64,000 bases of DNA, taken from contig CM052816.1 of NCBI GenBank assembly GCA_028534125.1, forward strand, positions 69,256,001 to 69,320,000, in the 5' to 3' direction. Shown piece by piece: positions 40,401 through 53,345 of this stretch. The translations under genes were made by a program, and so were the position numbers. The notes beneath the pieces are model-generated. The model made no database searches, was not told the origin of the DNA, and saw nothing but the letters and a program-made list of their open reading frames with translations. This DNA comes from Lama glama. Lineage: Eukaryota. The stretch's first letter is position 1. Every line of letters starts with the position of its first letter.

Positions 40401-42509
40401 TTTACAAAATGCCATGAATAGTACAGTCACATTTAAAAAAAAATATTTGAATGTATATGCATGTACAGGAAAAGCCTAAAAGGTTTTACCCCAAACTGTT
40501 AACAGAGATTATTTGGTGGTGGCAGTGGGGTTTACCCCCTTCTTTATACCTTTCTGTATTTTCTGAATTCTCTATGATGAGTACATATTACTTACACAAT
40601 CAGGAAACAAAGAACTTTTTCATTTAGGAAGATGGTATAGTGGTTGTGTTTCCAGCCACAAGTCATGAAGGACTCCTAATGCTTGAGGCTTCTCTGTACT
40701 CTGTACTGTAGCCATAATCAACACACAAATTATTTTGCAACCAAAGTTTGTTTTAGTTAAGACCCCTGGGACTCACAGGGCTGAGTCTAGTCTCTTCAGG
40801 CCTTGGTCATATGGAAGCAAGCAGGGACTGAAGAAGAGGTCAGGCACTCTATTGGGCACTGCCCTCCAGGCACCGGGCCCAGAGCTCCCTCTCCTTTGGG
40901 AATGGGGAGGGAAGTGGTTGTGCAGCTGTTTGGGGAGGAGAGAGGTGGAAGGACAACGAGAGAAGTGGGAGGGTCCATTGAAGGCCTAGAAGAGGGAGGC
41001 CCGGTGACATGGCCGCCTTCCCCTACAGGGAAAGGGATGGTTTATGCATCTCCATGGCTTGGCATTGGGATGCCCGCCTGTACCACAGACCTGGACCTGT
41101 ATACTGCTGGTGTTATTGCTACCATGCTAACAAAGTTTCTACCATAAAGTGTGTCATTGGAGCACATCCTTTTCCTTCAAAGACATAGTATTCAAAGGTT
41201 AACAACGCATCCTGCCAAGAGCACAAACACAAATCTTGGCATGACAAATGAAGCCTTGGACTTCTTGAATGGTCACACTTTAGAGACCAAGGGAAAGTGG
41301 GAGAAGCAAAAGGCCACAACTGAAAAGAACAGTCCTTGTGACTTCCACAAAAAATGTGTCAGGATGGAGCCAAGGGTGAGTTAAGTATTACATGCATGGT
41401 TTCTAAGGAAACTTTAAAAGCAAATAGTACCTCAGGGAAGAAGGCACTCATTACACACAGGAGAAGTTCCCAGACCCAAGGACCATCGTTCCCTTCCAGG
41501 AGCAACTTCCCACTTCCACAGAACATTCCACACAGGGATCCCAGGCACAGTTGGCACCACTGGCCTCCACAGAGGTGGAGGGAGCCCTAAGAAACCAGGC
41601 AAGAAGTGGATGTGAGGTGCTCTGAGCTGCTGAGCCAACATGAGAGACTTGCTGAGTATCTTCTGGGGAGCCATCACTCCATTTACAGCTGGTAGCCGTT
41701 TCTGCTAAATTTGTGATCTTGTCTGTATCACTTGCCTGTTAGCAGATACTCTGGTGGTTTAGAGTGAACTACTTAAGTGGCTCTGGTTTCTGTAAAGAGA
41801 GTAAGACATTCAGTGGAGACCAAGGCAAATCCTTCCAGCTCCTTCCTTTTGTTCTTCCCATCACATTGCCCTGATGTTTTTGGAAGGACAAAATGAAACA
41901 TCTTCAACTCCCAGACAAGGCAGTTTAGGGCTGGGGAAGGCCCCAAACCTGCCTACTTTAAAGTGTATATGAAACTCTCTCTCTGTTTTGGGTCCCCCTC
42001 TGATTGGTCTTCACTGTATATACAGCTTGGACAGCATCCTTCACCTTCCACCCCTCCCCAACCTCTCCCAGGGCAGAAAGAGCTCACTCTAATTCATTTC
42101 CCAGTGACCTTTGTCCTCACACACAATTCCTGAGGGCCACAGCACACCATCCACTCGCCCCACTGTGCTCACATACACGCACTAAAATCCATGCCTCTGC
42201 TTAAAGGCTAACTCACCTTTGTTCCCAAGCCAGCCGAGTTGTACTGGGAAATTTGTACTAGCACAAGTTTGATAAATCTAAAGAAAGAGTATGGGGGTGA
42301 GACAGAGTATTTTTGTTAAACCCTAGAAAAGGAGAGAACTAGAAGCAAAATTTGGCCAAGTCCATGAAAGTCCTGACAGGAAAGATGAGAGTCAGCCAAA
42401 GAACTTCAATGGTTTCTGGCCCTAAGACCCAAAGGCAAGTTCTTCCCTGAAGTGGAGATGAGGAGCAGCTAAGAGAATTGGGATATTTCTAGTGCTGTTG
42501 GCAAGACCA

Positions 42510-43060
42510 GTTGTGGTGGAGGCAGCTAGCTATCCATCAACACAGGTTCTTTCCTTCCTCCACAGTAATGAATCCCCAGCTGGGGGGCCTGGGATGACAC
42601 ATCTGTTCGCAGGCCTCTGCAGTGAGGTGTGGCGATATGCCTACATCCCCAATGGAAGGTGAGAGAAAGTGTCCCACTTCCAGCAGACCCTTTAAAACAT
42701 TGCACACAAATCCCCCACTCCTTCCTATGGGCTTGGGACCTAACTTCAACCTCCAGGTGAAGACAACACCCATGACAGAGGCAGAAGGAGTCTTGGAGTC
42801 TTGTTTTAGAGGGGAGGTAATTAGATTTCTTTATGTATGTTCTAATTAATTTTTTTACTTTATTTTGTTTTTAGTGGAGGTACTAGGGGTTGAATGTAGG
42901 ACCTTGTGCATGCTAAGCATGCTCTCTACTGCTGAGCTGTACCCTCCCCCTCAGAGTCTTGGATACTTGCGTGACCTTGTGGAGCAGAGAAGCCCACCAA
43001 CAAACTCCAGACCACTACCTGAAGAAAGAATACACTTCCATGTTCTTTATATCTCTGTAA
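42510..43060 (+). mobile_element. Old MaLR LTR (MLT1J-like), interrupted by a SINE
   Basis: gcctctgcagtgaggtgtggcgatatg...gaagtgtcccacttccag-like motifs and gaccttgtggagcagag. Confidence 0.5.
42804..42950 (-). mobile_element. tRNA-derived SINE, camelid Vic-1-like
   Basis: Reverse complement of ggggagggtacagctcagcagtagagagcatgcttagcatgcacaaggtcc...cctagtacctccactaaaaa...ctaattacctcccc. gagtcttg occurs on both flanks. Confidence 0.85.
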
Positions 43061-43249
43061 TATATCTCTTTCAGGATGAAAAACAAACTTCTGGAATGAG
43101 GCCCCCAGTGTTTACTGCATCCAGCCTGCTACATCCACTTTGTCCACACTAGCCAAAGTCAAAGCCGAAATGATCTGGATGCTCTGTCCATGCTGCTCTA
43201 GGTTCACCACCTCATTTTCTCCAGGCAACATCTGATGAGATATTGCAAG

Positions 43250-43385
43250 TTTCCTACCTTTATTGGTGAGGAAACAGAGACTCAGAGAGGTTCAACAACT
43301 TGTTCAATCTATACCACAGTACAAGTGACAGCTTTGGGATCTGAACTCAGGTAGGTATGTTGGATTCTGAACTCTGTGCTCTTAC
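43250..43385 (-). mobile_element. MIR SINE
   Basis: ggtgaggaaacagagactcagagaggttcaacaacttg...gggatctgaactcagg. Confidence 0.75.
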
Positions 43386-43699
43386 CTCGACTTTTTGAAG
43401 ACTTGCTTGCTAGAAGAGAATCTGAGGATGGAACAGCGCATGTGGCTGTTATTTCTTATTGCTCCGATGGTAGGCACTGGAACCCTTAAGTTTGTTTAAT
43501 AAGACTGTGTCCAGGTTCTCCAGGGGCTGACCTGAGGCAGGTTTCTGAGTCACAGGCTAAAGGTCAGGCCATGGCTGTAATAAATTTACCTGAGCAAGGA
43601 AAGCCACATGGTCCAGAGACAGTCCACCAGGTTTTTCTGGAGCAGCAGGTACCCTTCTGCATCTCTGGGTATGACTGAGAGAAGATCAGCGGCTTTTTT

Positions 43700-45580
43700 C
43701 CCCCCCCAAAATATGGCATGTTCATTGTTTACATTTTATAATGAAAGTATGGCTCATTTGATGAGTAAAATCTGAAATAGAATTAAACTATATAAAGTTA
43801 AAAGTAGAAATCCAACCGTCACCCTACCCCATCCCTGACTTTCCCACTCCATTCCACTGCTGGCCAGTTCATGTCTCTTCTGTTATCAGTTTGGAATATG
43901 ACTTTCCAGTCCCCTTTTAAACAGATATTTAAAATTTTATATGCTTTTCAAGAAGTAGGTTACAAAATACAGTTGGTGACCCGTGGTTGGTTGAATCCAC
44001 AGATGTGACACCCACCGATATGGAGGGCTTACTGCATATACTATTTTATATAAGGGACATGAGCATCCACAAATTTTGGTATCCATAGGGGTCCTAGAGC
44101 CAAGCCCCTGAAGATACCAAGGGATAACTGTAATGTCATGGCATCACTTGTTTGTAAACATGAAAATAACTAATATGCCTTTCTTTGAAATTATCTTCTA
44201 GTATTACAATTTTTGTATGTACCATCATTTTAATCATTACATGCTTTGAAATGAGAAACAATGTTAAAATAAGCATCGTTTATAAATATCTTTGTTCCTG
44301 TAATTCCATTTTTGGCAAGTTAACGTACAGAAATACACATGCATATTTGCAAGTGAGTATATAAATTTAAATGTGTATTGGTATTTGGAAATTGCCCTCC
44401 AAAAGTATGCTGTCGATTTATATTCCCATAAACAATGTATGACTTTGTTTATATCTTCACACTATCATAAATCTTTTTTAATTTTGACAAATCTGACAGG
44501 TTAGAAATTCATTATTTTTTAAACAATTCATTATTTTAGTAGGTATTTCTTTAATCTTTATTAAGAATAAGCATCTTTTATCATTTTTACTCTTCTTTCC
44601 TAGTTCTTCTGTAGAACTGTCATGTATATTCTTTGTCCAGTTTTCTTTTTGAGTGAGTTGTCATTTTTTTTATTAAAGTATGAGTCATTTATAAGTAAAT
44701 ATAAATGGTTATTTTCAATAATGTTTTGTAAAGACTTTTTCTAAGTTTTTTATTTGTTTATCAAATTTGCTTATAGTCATCTTGCCATACATAAATTATT
44801 AATTTTTAGACATTAAAGATATTCAAACTTTTCCTGAGTTCTTTTATTTTGTGCTTAGAAAGGCCTTCCCTTTATCTCTTTTCCTCAGAGTTATAAAAGC
44901 ACTCCAGGAAATTTTCCTCTTAAATTTTTATGACTTATATTTTGTAAATTAATCTGATACATAGGATTTATAATTTTGTTGTAATAACTAATTTGTTTTC
45001 TTTCCAAACAGGAAGAAAATTGGCCCCAATTTCTTTACAGATGTGATATCTTTTCTACAATGATTTGAGGACCTTCTTTTGCATCTACTACATGTCTGGG
45101 TAAATTGAAATCCATTTCTAGACTTCATATTGTTTCATTGATTTGTTTAGTTCTGCCTCAGTATCATACTGTTTTAATTACTGTAACTTTACAATATGGC
45201 TCCACATCTGAAAGGCAAAAGTTAAATTCCTTTTCTACTCTTCTTCTCTAGAATAGCACACTGAAATTACTAGGTAAAATTTAGCATCATTTTGATAGTT
45301 TCCTTAAAAAAATTATTGGAGTTTAGTTTGTATTAAATGTAGAGATCAAGGGAATGTTGTATTATTTTAATACAGTCTTTTTCTCCATTTATCCACCCTA
45401 TTTAATATTTTCATAAAATGTCATAGCTTATTTTTATGTGTTTAATGTTTAATCCTATAATTCAATTTTTGCTACTTTTGTGAATGATATGTTTTTTCTC
45501 TGTTTTATAACTGTATTATTTGAATACAAGGAAGCTATTTTGAATTTTTTTGATAGTAGACTTTTTTTTTCCATTACAAC
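43700..45580 (-). mobile_element. Highly degenerate old L1 (L1ME-like)
   Basis: Very T-rich, with L1 antisense motifs such as attgccctccaaaag, tgcttagaaaggccttccc and cagtatcatactgttttaattactgtaactttacaata. Confidence 0.6.
43970..44130. mobile_element. MER2/Tigger-derived MITE, internally deleted
   Basis: TA-CAGTTG...TAACTG-TA termini; ggttggttgaatccacagatg and gagcatccacaaattttggtatcc motifs. Confidence 0.75.
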
Positions 45581-46500
45581 TATTACCTTCCAAAACACAG
45601 TTGGGGAATGTTACAGAGAGCCTCAGAAAGTGATTACTGGATTATTGGATGAAACTATAACTCTTTATGAAAATATGAACTCATAGTTGTGAAATCTGCT
45701 TTGTTTTTCATTTTATTCTACTACACTATAAATTACCCTCAGCTAGAAACAGCTACTGTTTTCTTATTACAGAACACACTATCCATTTTCACAGTGTAAA
45801 CACACTAAAATCTAATGATGGAATCACATATGTCTCTTCTGAGATTGAATTTCTTTCAATATGCCTTTGTACCTACAAAAAATAGAATCCTAATGCATTC
45901 ATGCTTGTAAGTAAAAGATGAAAAGTTCTCTATGTGGTCCATCATTCACTAACACAAAATAAATCTTAATTGTGGCTATTTTAAGACATATAGAACTTCG
46001 AGATCAAAGATAGTATATTTATTTACCCACACCAATCCTACTTCAAAAACCTATAAAGAGATTAGAGGAATGTGCATAGTATACTATGATTTGTGGGAAA
46101 AGGAGAGACACATCTATATGTGTGCTTACATATGTGCAGAATATCTCTACAATGGTATATAAAAAACTGGCATCAGTGGTAAGAGGAGGAGATGGGGGAG
46201 CTGGGAGAATACAGGTAAACAGGAGACTTATTTTCCACTACGTACTCTTTTGTACTCTTTGAATTTTCTATCTCAAGCAAGTATTGTATTATTAATCTCC
46301 TATGTCAGAAAGATATTGAGAAACAGTAGTATTTCACACTAGCAATGGTATGGTAAGAATGAGGTGAGAATTCTTAAACTTTGTAAATGGGATATAAATT
46401 GGTACTGTTATATTTGACATGGCAGAAGCTTTAAAAAGTTCTTTTATCTGCATCTCTGACTCTTTCTGCAGGATGGACTCCTCAAAGCAGAATTACTGCA

Positions 46501-47013
46501 TGTGGTTGGCAGAATCATGGTTCTCCCAAATGGACCCCCACATCCTAAATCCCTGGAACCTATGAATATGTTATGTTACATGGCAAGGGGGAGTCAGTTT
46601 GCACATGGGAACTGAGGTTGCAAATCAGATGGCTTTGAGATGGAGAGATTATCCTGGATTATCTAGGTAGACCCAATGTAATCACTAGGGTCTTACAAGT
46701 GAAAGAGGAGGACAGGACAATAGTGTCAGAGTGGTGCATTGTGAGAAGGATTCAACCAGCCATTGCTGGCTTTGAAGATGGAAGGGGCCATGAGCCAAGG
46801 AATGTGGGTCATCTTAAGAAGCTGGAAAAGGCAAGGGAATAGATCTTCCCCCAGAACCTCCAAAAGGAATGCAGTTCTGCCAAAACCTTGATTTCAGCCC
46901 AGTGAGACTCATTTCAGACTTCTGGCCTCCCAACTGCAAGGTAAGAAGTGTGTGTTGTTTTAAGCCATCACGTCTGTAGTAATCTGTTACAGCAGCAACA
47001 GAAAACTAATACA
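46501..47013 (+). mobile_element. MLT1D-like MaLR solo LTR, full length
   Basis: Starts tgtggttggcagaatcatgg, contains gagattatcctggattatctaggtagacccaatgtaatcac, and ends gttacagcagcaacagaaaactaataca. Confidence 0.85.
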
Positions 47014-49469
47014 CTATGCCAAAAAAGCACTCCTTTATAAGAGTAAAAATCTGAAAAGAATCTAAATATTCATTAATAAAGGAATAGAAAAAATGATGCT
47101 ACTTTTATATGAAGGAATATCATATAACAATTGTAAAATTTGTTAAACATTTATGAGAAAACATTAAGTTGAAAAAAGCAGTTTATAAACCTGTATCTGG
47201 TTTCAGTTATAAAAGTTATATACTCTTATAATAGATATGACATATCCATACAGGGTTCAGCTGCAGAAAAGAGAAATTATTCAAGCTGTTTCAAACAGAA
47301 AGGGACATAGAAAGAATCAGATCCATACTAAATTATGGAGAAAACTGTAGGAGTGGGGTGGGCTCTCAAAAGGGGCCTCCTGAGAGGTCAAACGAGCCCT
47401 GCCAGGGTTAGAGCTACCTCCATCTGGGTCACAAAGAGGGAGAATCAGATGGAGTCCTAGCCTGCAATAGTGCATCCAGAAGGCAGTGGAGAGGAGATGG
47501 TCCCTTTTCTTAATGCTCTGTTTCTCATAACCACCACATCCTACTCATACAGTATAAACAATATTTAAACCCATTGCTAAATTTCTCTGCCTTTATAATA
47601 TTTTTAGACCAGAAACAAGCACTGACTTGTTAGAAGTGTTTAATAGAGAAGACTCTTATCGTTAAGAACACAGGCTCCGGAGTTAGATGATCTGGATTTA
47701 AATCCCTTCGGCCAGTTAGCTCACTCTTGGTACCTGAGCACCTTTGCCAATAAAGGGAGTAATAGGAATGCCTGCCCTACAGGGCTGTCAGGACCGAATG
47801 AGTTCATGGAGGCCAAGCACTGGTCAGGGAGTTCCAGCTGTAAAGGAAAACTGCTCAATACCTGGGAGCAATTGTTTTTGTACTATTTTCTTATATGTAT
47901 CAAGTATTACTTATGTGTTAATTTTATCATCAGAAAAACAAAAACCTCATATCAGAAAAATCCAAGCTGGATGCTAACCCTCTCAAAATAATATGGTCTG
48001 ATGAAAAAACACACAAATTTTAAAACTTGTTGCTGTATATCAGGTTCTGTCCTTTGTATATCTGCTTCCTGTTGATAAAAGGAATAATAAGAATACGTAA
48101 GCTCTATATAGAAGTCAAGAGTCAGAAGATCCTGAGTATTTTTATTCTCAAGGCCATTAATTCTGTCCAACAAATGCCACCCTCTATTTGTTGTGTAAAA
48201 AAGCACCCTATTTTAGCATTTAATGATGAATGAATAAGTTTGGGGGGACAAAGGGAAACTTTCTGATAATAAACAGGGGTAAAGGAGACAACTGGTTTTC
48301 AGTGAAGCTTGATTTACTAGTTTGACTTGATCATAGAGCCATCGAAATATGGACCTTTATAACTAATTAAGCGTAAATTTCTCAGAGGCCAGCCCCTTTG
48401 TAATGGCTACTCAGTATGTAGCCTGGCCTCCTAACGAAGAACACAGATTTGGTGCCACTACCTCCCTTTTGGGACAGGGGCCCTGAAGGAAATGCTTGAC
48501 AGTTTACGCTTTCACGTAGAGATCTGTCACTTGGTGCCACAGCCTCTCTTTGGGTTAGGCAGCTCCAGATTCTCTTGCCAAACGAGAATATAAGTCCAGC
48601 GCTCTTTTCATTGCCTCACATTGCATAGGACCCCTTCAAAGATCCATGTGGGATGATATTGTTTATAACAACAGTCATCCTTTTTAATTAATTTTAAAAT
48701 CTCCATGCCTGTAGGAGTTCGGTTTTACTCCTCCCCAGTCTTCAGCAAGTTTGTGAGTCAGAAAGATATTCACCAGAGCATGAGTAGTGGGTAATCCATG
48801 TCTCTCACTGACTATCAGCTTGGCATATTTTATGACTTGTTCTTTTTCTACATCAAACAACCTCATGGTCTCCAGAGACGAAAAAAGCGTCCAAGTACAT
48901 GAACTTTAAGGGGCCTAAGTATAAACTCCACCAGGCAGTGCTTTTACTTTTATTCCTAAATTCCATTACACACAAGTAAAGGAAGTAAGGCTAATAATTT
49001 AGTCAGCATTAGAGATAAGAACCAAGCAGGAAATGACTTTTTATGTGATGTCATCCAGGGCCCATGTCAGAGGAGGAACGGGCAGGGCAAGCCCTTTGTC
49101 CCTTACAGATCTTTCCCAGACCTCTCTGAATGAAAGAACAATATCGACAGGGGCACCTTTAATTATGTTACCTCAGCATAGATTGTGCTGCTCTTTATGA
49201 CCATGATGTAGATGTTACTCAAATATTGAAAGAAAGAAAAACTGAGAAAGGAGAGAAGGAGTTAAAATCTTAATTATTTAGTGAAGATAAATCTTAGCTG
49301 AGGAAGTCATGAACGTTTCTAGGAATTTTATATTCCAGTTAAGTGATTGTGTCCTTTTGTCATTTTTAATATGGGCACGTCTACGTTAGAGAATATTGGG
49401 GATGGGTGAATCACTTTCATCTCACTCGTGCACCTTTAATTATCAGGGATGAGGACACAGGAGAAAGAC

Positions 49470-49630
49470 AAATCAAGCTCAAATCCCAGTGTGTGTGACT
49501 CTGGGCAAGTTACTTAGTCTTTTCACCTACAAAATAGATCAATTAATACCTGCCACAGAGGGTCATTGGGAGGATTAAATGAGATGATAAATGAAAGTGC
49601 CCAACACAGTTGTCACTCAATAAATGTCTA
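49470..49630 (+). mobile_element. MIR SINE
   Basis: ctcaaatcccag...gtgactctgggcaagttactt...gaggattaaatgagatgat...cactcaataaatg. Confidence 0.75.
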
Positions 49631-49689
49631 CAGTAACTTCCTCCTATGACTGCTCAGTAGATAATCAATTAATTTTTTAAGATTTTTAA

Positions 49690-49967
49690 AAAATTGTGAT
49701 AAAATACACATAACAAAAAACTTACCATCTCAATCATTTTTAAGTGTACAGTTTAGTAGTATTTAGTATGTTCCCATTGTTGTGTAGCCGATTTCCAGAA
49801 CTCTTTTCGTCGAGCAAAATTGAAATTCTATACCCATTAAACAGTAAGTCCCATTTTCTCCTCTCCCCAGCCCTGGCAAATATCATTCTACTTTCCATCT
49901 GTATGAGTCTGATTACCCTAGGTACCTCCTATAAATGGAATTTGTCTTTTTTGGACTGGCTTATTTA
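49690..49967 (-). mobile_element. L1MA/MB-like 3' end
   Basis: gtgataaaatacacataac...ttttaagtgtacagtttagtagtatttagtatg...cccagccctggcaaatatcattctactttc. Confidence 0.8.
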
Positions 49968-50833
49968 GATAACCAATTTTTTAGATTATTTTTTGAGACA
50001 ACAAATTTTTACACTCAGACAGAAGTTTTGGCATCTGCACATTATATTGCTATATTGCCTAAATATCTAACTGCTTAGGTAAAAACATGACATCTGTTAT
50101 AATGTTAGATCATGTAAATTTTGCAGGGGATGAATTTTACACTAGCATAGTCAATTCTCAAATCACCTGCCACATACTGGTACTTGTGTCTTATTCTTTT
50201 TACTGCTTTGTAACTTCTTGAAGGTCAGGTGGTGCCTGGCATGCATTAAGAGTATATTAAGCACTAATGGACTAATTAGTAAATTAATAACTCAATGGAT
50301 TAATATCCTGTTTTAAGAATTGCTAGCAAGAAAATGTTCATCATAGGGTATTTCTCTTCCCATTGATTCTGTGACACATCTTTGCCCATCGACTGATAGT
50401 ACTTAGAGAATGCAAAATTATTTAAATATTAACCTAAGCAAAACACAGTTTCAAAGATGACGCAGATGAAAAACAGTGCATTAGTCCTTTGAAATGCAAA
50501 CTCAATCAACTTCTGGATCACATACACTTCTTTTGTGTCCCATCAGCTTCTTAATGTCAATGCACATGTCAGATTTGCTCAGTTTTCAAATTCTGGAGTA
50601 CTAACTAATTATTAACAGTATGATTGGCAAAGATTTAAAACATTAAAATATTCAGGACTGATTAGGGTGTGGGAAATAGGGGCTCACATACCATGCTGGG
50701 GGAAATCTAAACCTTTAAGAGGGCAGTTAAACTTTTTTGTGCATTTTCTCCTCCTGCCCCCGAACCTGCAAGTTCATTTCTAGTTATATATTCCACAATG
50801 ACAATCACACAAATGTTCAAAGATATATGTGGC

Positions 50834-51846
50834 TGTGGTAAGCTAAATAATGGTCACCCAAAGATGCCTACATTTTAATACCCAGAACCTGAGTGCCTGT
50901 GAATGTCATGTTGTGGCAGAAGGTAAAATGTTACAGATAGAATTAAAGGTTACTAATCAGCTGACCTTAATATAAGATGCTCCTGGATGCTACCAGGTAA
51001 GCCCAATGAAATCCTGAAGGTCATTTAAAGGTGGATGAGGGAGGCAGAAAAGTCAGCGTAAGAGAGATTCAATGCTGGTGTGAGAAAGACTCAATCAACA
51101 TTTGCTGGGCTTTGAAGGTGGAAGGGAGCCAGGAGCTAAGGAAAGCAGCAGACTTTAGAATCTGGAAAAGGCAAGAAAAATGATTCTCCCCTAGAGTCTC
51201 CACAGAAGAATGCAGCCCTGCTTACACCTTAATTTCAGCTCAATGAAATCTATTTTGGATTTCTGACCTCCAGAACTGTAAGGTAATAAATTTGTGGGGG
51301 TTTTTTTAAGCACACACATATAATTTATTTAATAAGAAAAATAGCTGCACTCAAAAATTACTGAAGGCCTTCCTATGAATATCTTTTAATTCCCCCAAAT
51401 TATCACATCACTCACTCGGTGAGTTTGGACTGTGAATTGTAAAATTTCCTTCCATAAGCTCTTCAGTCCCACTGGAGGCACAGAAAGCTCGCATCCTGCT
51501 CCACACGGAAGACGGCCTTCCCAGGCAGCTCACTCGAATAGGACGCCCTTGGCAAGTCTGCACAGTGGCCGTTAGGAAGCTTTTGCTTTGCTGACAGGGA
51601 GCACACCGGGTGAGTTTCAAGTTTAAGTGATCCCGAACTAATCCATGCAATCTAAAAAACTGGTAAACATTCAGCAGATAACTAGGTGTAGCTTTTTTTA
51701 AATTAATTTATTTTTATTGAAGTGTAGTTGATTTACAATGTGTTGGTTTCAGGTGTACAGCAAAGTGATTCAGTTATAAAATTTGTGTTGCTTTAAGCCA
51801 CCAAGTTTGTGATAATTTGTTACAGCAACAATAGGAAACTAGTACA
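50834..51846 (+). mobile_element. MLT1D-like MaLR LTR split by an insertion at 51304-51778
   Basis: Starts tgtggtaagctaaataatgg and runs to cagaactgtaaggtaataaatttgtg; resumes at aaatttgtgttgctttaagccaccaagtttgtg and ends ggaaactagtaca. Confidence 0.85.
51304..51778 (-). mobile_element. Severely 5'-truncated L1 3' end (51693-51778) plus ~385 bp putative transduced flank
   Basis: L1 terminus (reverse complement of ttattgaagtgtagttgatttacaatgtg...caggtgtacagcaaagtgattcagtta), then non-repeat sequence, AATAAA at 51329-51324 and a short poly(A), all inside a degenerate TSD. Confidence 0.7.
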
Positions 51847-53194
51847 ATGACTAAGGTTGCTCACTGCAGCATCATTTGTGGCAAGAAAATTGAGAGCAAC
51901 CTAAGCACCCATTAATAAAAGCCTGACAAAATAATGCATCATAACCATGGATGTCAGAGGCTTCAGGCTTTTGCCAAAGGGAGAACTGCCAGAGGTAACC
52001 TCTCTGTCTGGTTTTGGCGAGGGCTTGGCAATCAATTTAAAATAGAAGAGAGGGAAAATATAGTAAAGAGATTCCAGTTAATAAATTGTAAATGCATAGC
52101 AAGTATAACACAACACCGAGGCTGTGGTACTTTTGAGCCACCCAGTCTTATTTCCTTCTTACGATAAACCTATAAATATGCTAAGTACCATGTTAAACAC
52201 TGGAAAATATAGGGGAAAAAAGAGAAAAAATAAATAAACAAATAAATAAACGCTGGAAAATACAAAGAAAAGCTGACTGACTAGAGAAGGGAGAAGAAGC
52301 AAGAGAATGATACAAAGTGCAAGACGTGGCAAAGCAGAGGAAGGCATGGGTACCTCGAGAGGAAGGCGTGAGCACAGGGCGGGACACCTCACTGAGCCTG
52401 GGTGGGAAGGCAGGTTGGGGACAGCCACCAGGAGGAAGTGCCTGGACCCAATCCCAAAGGAGGAGTGGGATTCAGCCAGACAAAAAACACTTGGAAGGCC
52501 GTCCCAGCGGAGGAAACAGCTTACAAAAGGCTAGTTGACACGATGTCCACTGTGGATGTGTGGGTGGGGTGGCATTTGGGAAGACAGTAAACTTTAAAAC
52601 CCTACACAAGGACTTTTACATAATGAGTTTTTTTATACTCTCTGAACCTTAGTTTCCCCACTTTCATAATAGAATCCTAAAACCTTCCTTTCCCAAGAGG
52701 ATTAAGGGCCCTGCCTGGAGTCTCAGGGCTAGAAAAGGAAGACCCAGGCTCCTGGGAGTCCCAGCCCTGTATTCTTCCCTCCAGGTCGAAGCCCCTGGGC
52801 CCCAAGGCAGGCTGGAACCACTTCTGGTTCTTTAAAAACCCTGATGTATCAAAGAAGAAAAAACACTTTGTGGTATATTTTAATCATTCATATTTAACAG
52901 ACCATTGCTTTTAACATATACAAAATACAATACATAAAACTGTGACATTCAAAATGGATTACAGACTAAAACTGTATTAATTCATCATTCATGACAGGCC
53001 ATGTGTTCTGCGAATGGAACAGAGATTTGAATTTATATAAGGAATGTTGTCTTCTTTCAATGCCTTCCTTGGTTCTTACTCTCTGTAAGATCTCGTGTAC
53101 AGGGAACCTTTGAGTGCCTTGGTGAATGAGAAGCCACAACAGCCTTCTGGTGCCAGGCCCTGTTTATACTGACTAGAAGGAAAAAGACAAGTTG

Positions 53195-53345
53195 TACATC
53201 AGAATCATCTGGGGAGTTTTAAAACGTACTGAAGCCTATGCCCCACTCTCTAGATTCTGATTCAGTTGGCCTAGAGTGGGATCCAGGCATCTTAATACTT
53301 TTTAGAGTTCCCTAAGTGATCCTAATGTAAAGCCATAACTGAAAG
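53195..53345. mobile_element. MER5-like hAT-Charlie fragment
   Basis: catcagaatcatctggggagttttaaaa...gattctgattcagttggcctagagtggg...gtgatcctaatg. Confidence 0.7.

Noticed and set aside
49153..49443. 14-bp repeat gcacctttaattat at 49153 and 49430
   Set aside because: Short and AT-rich; the enclosed sequence has no poly(A) or element hallmarks, so I cannot distinguish it from chance.
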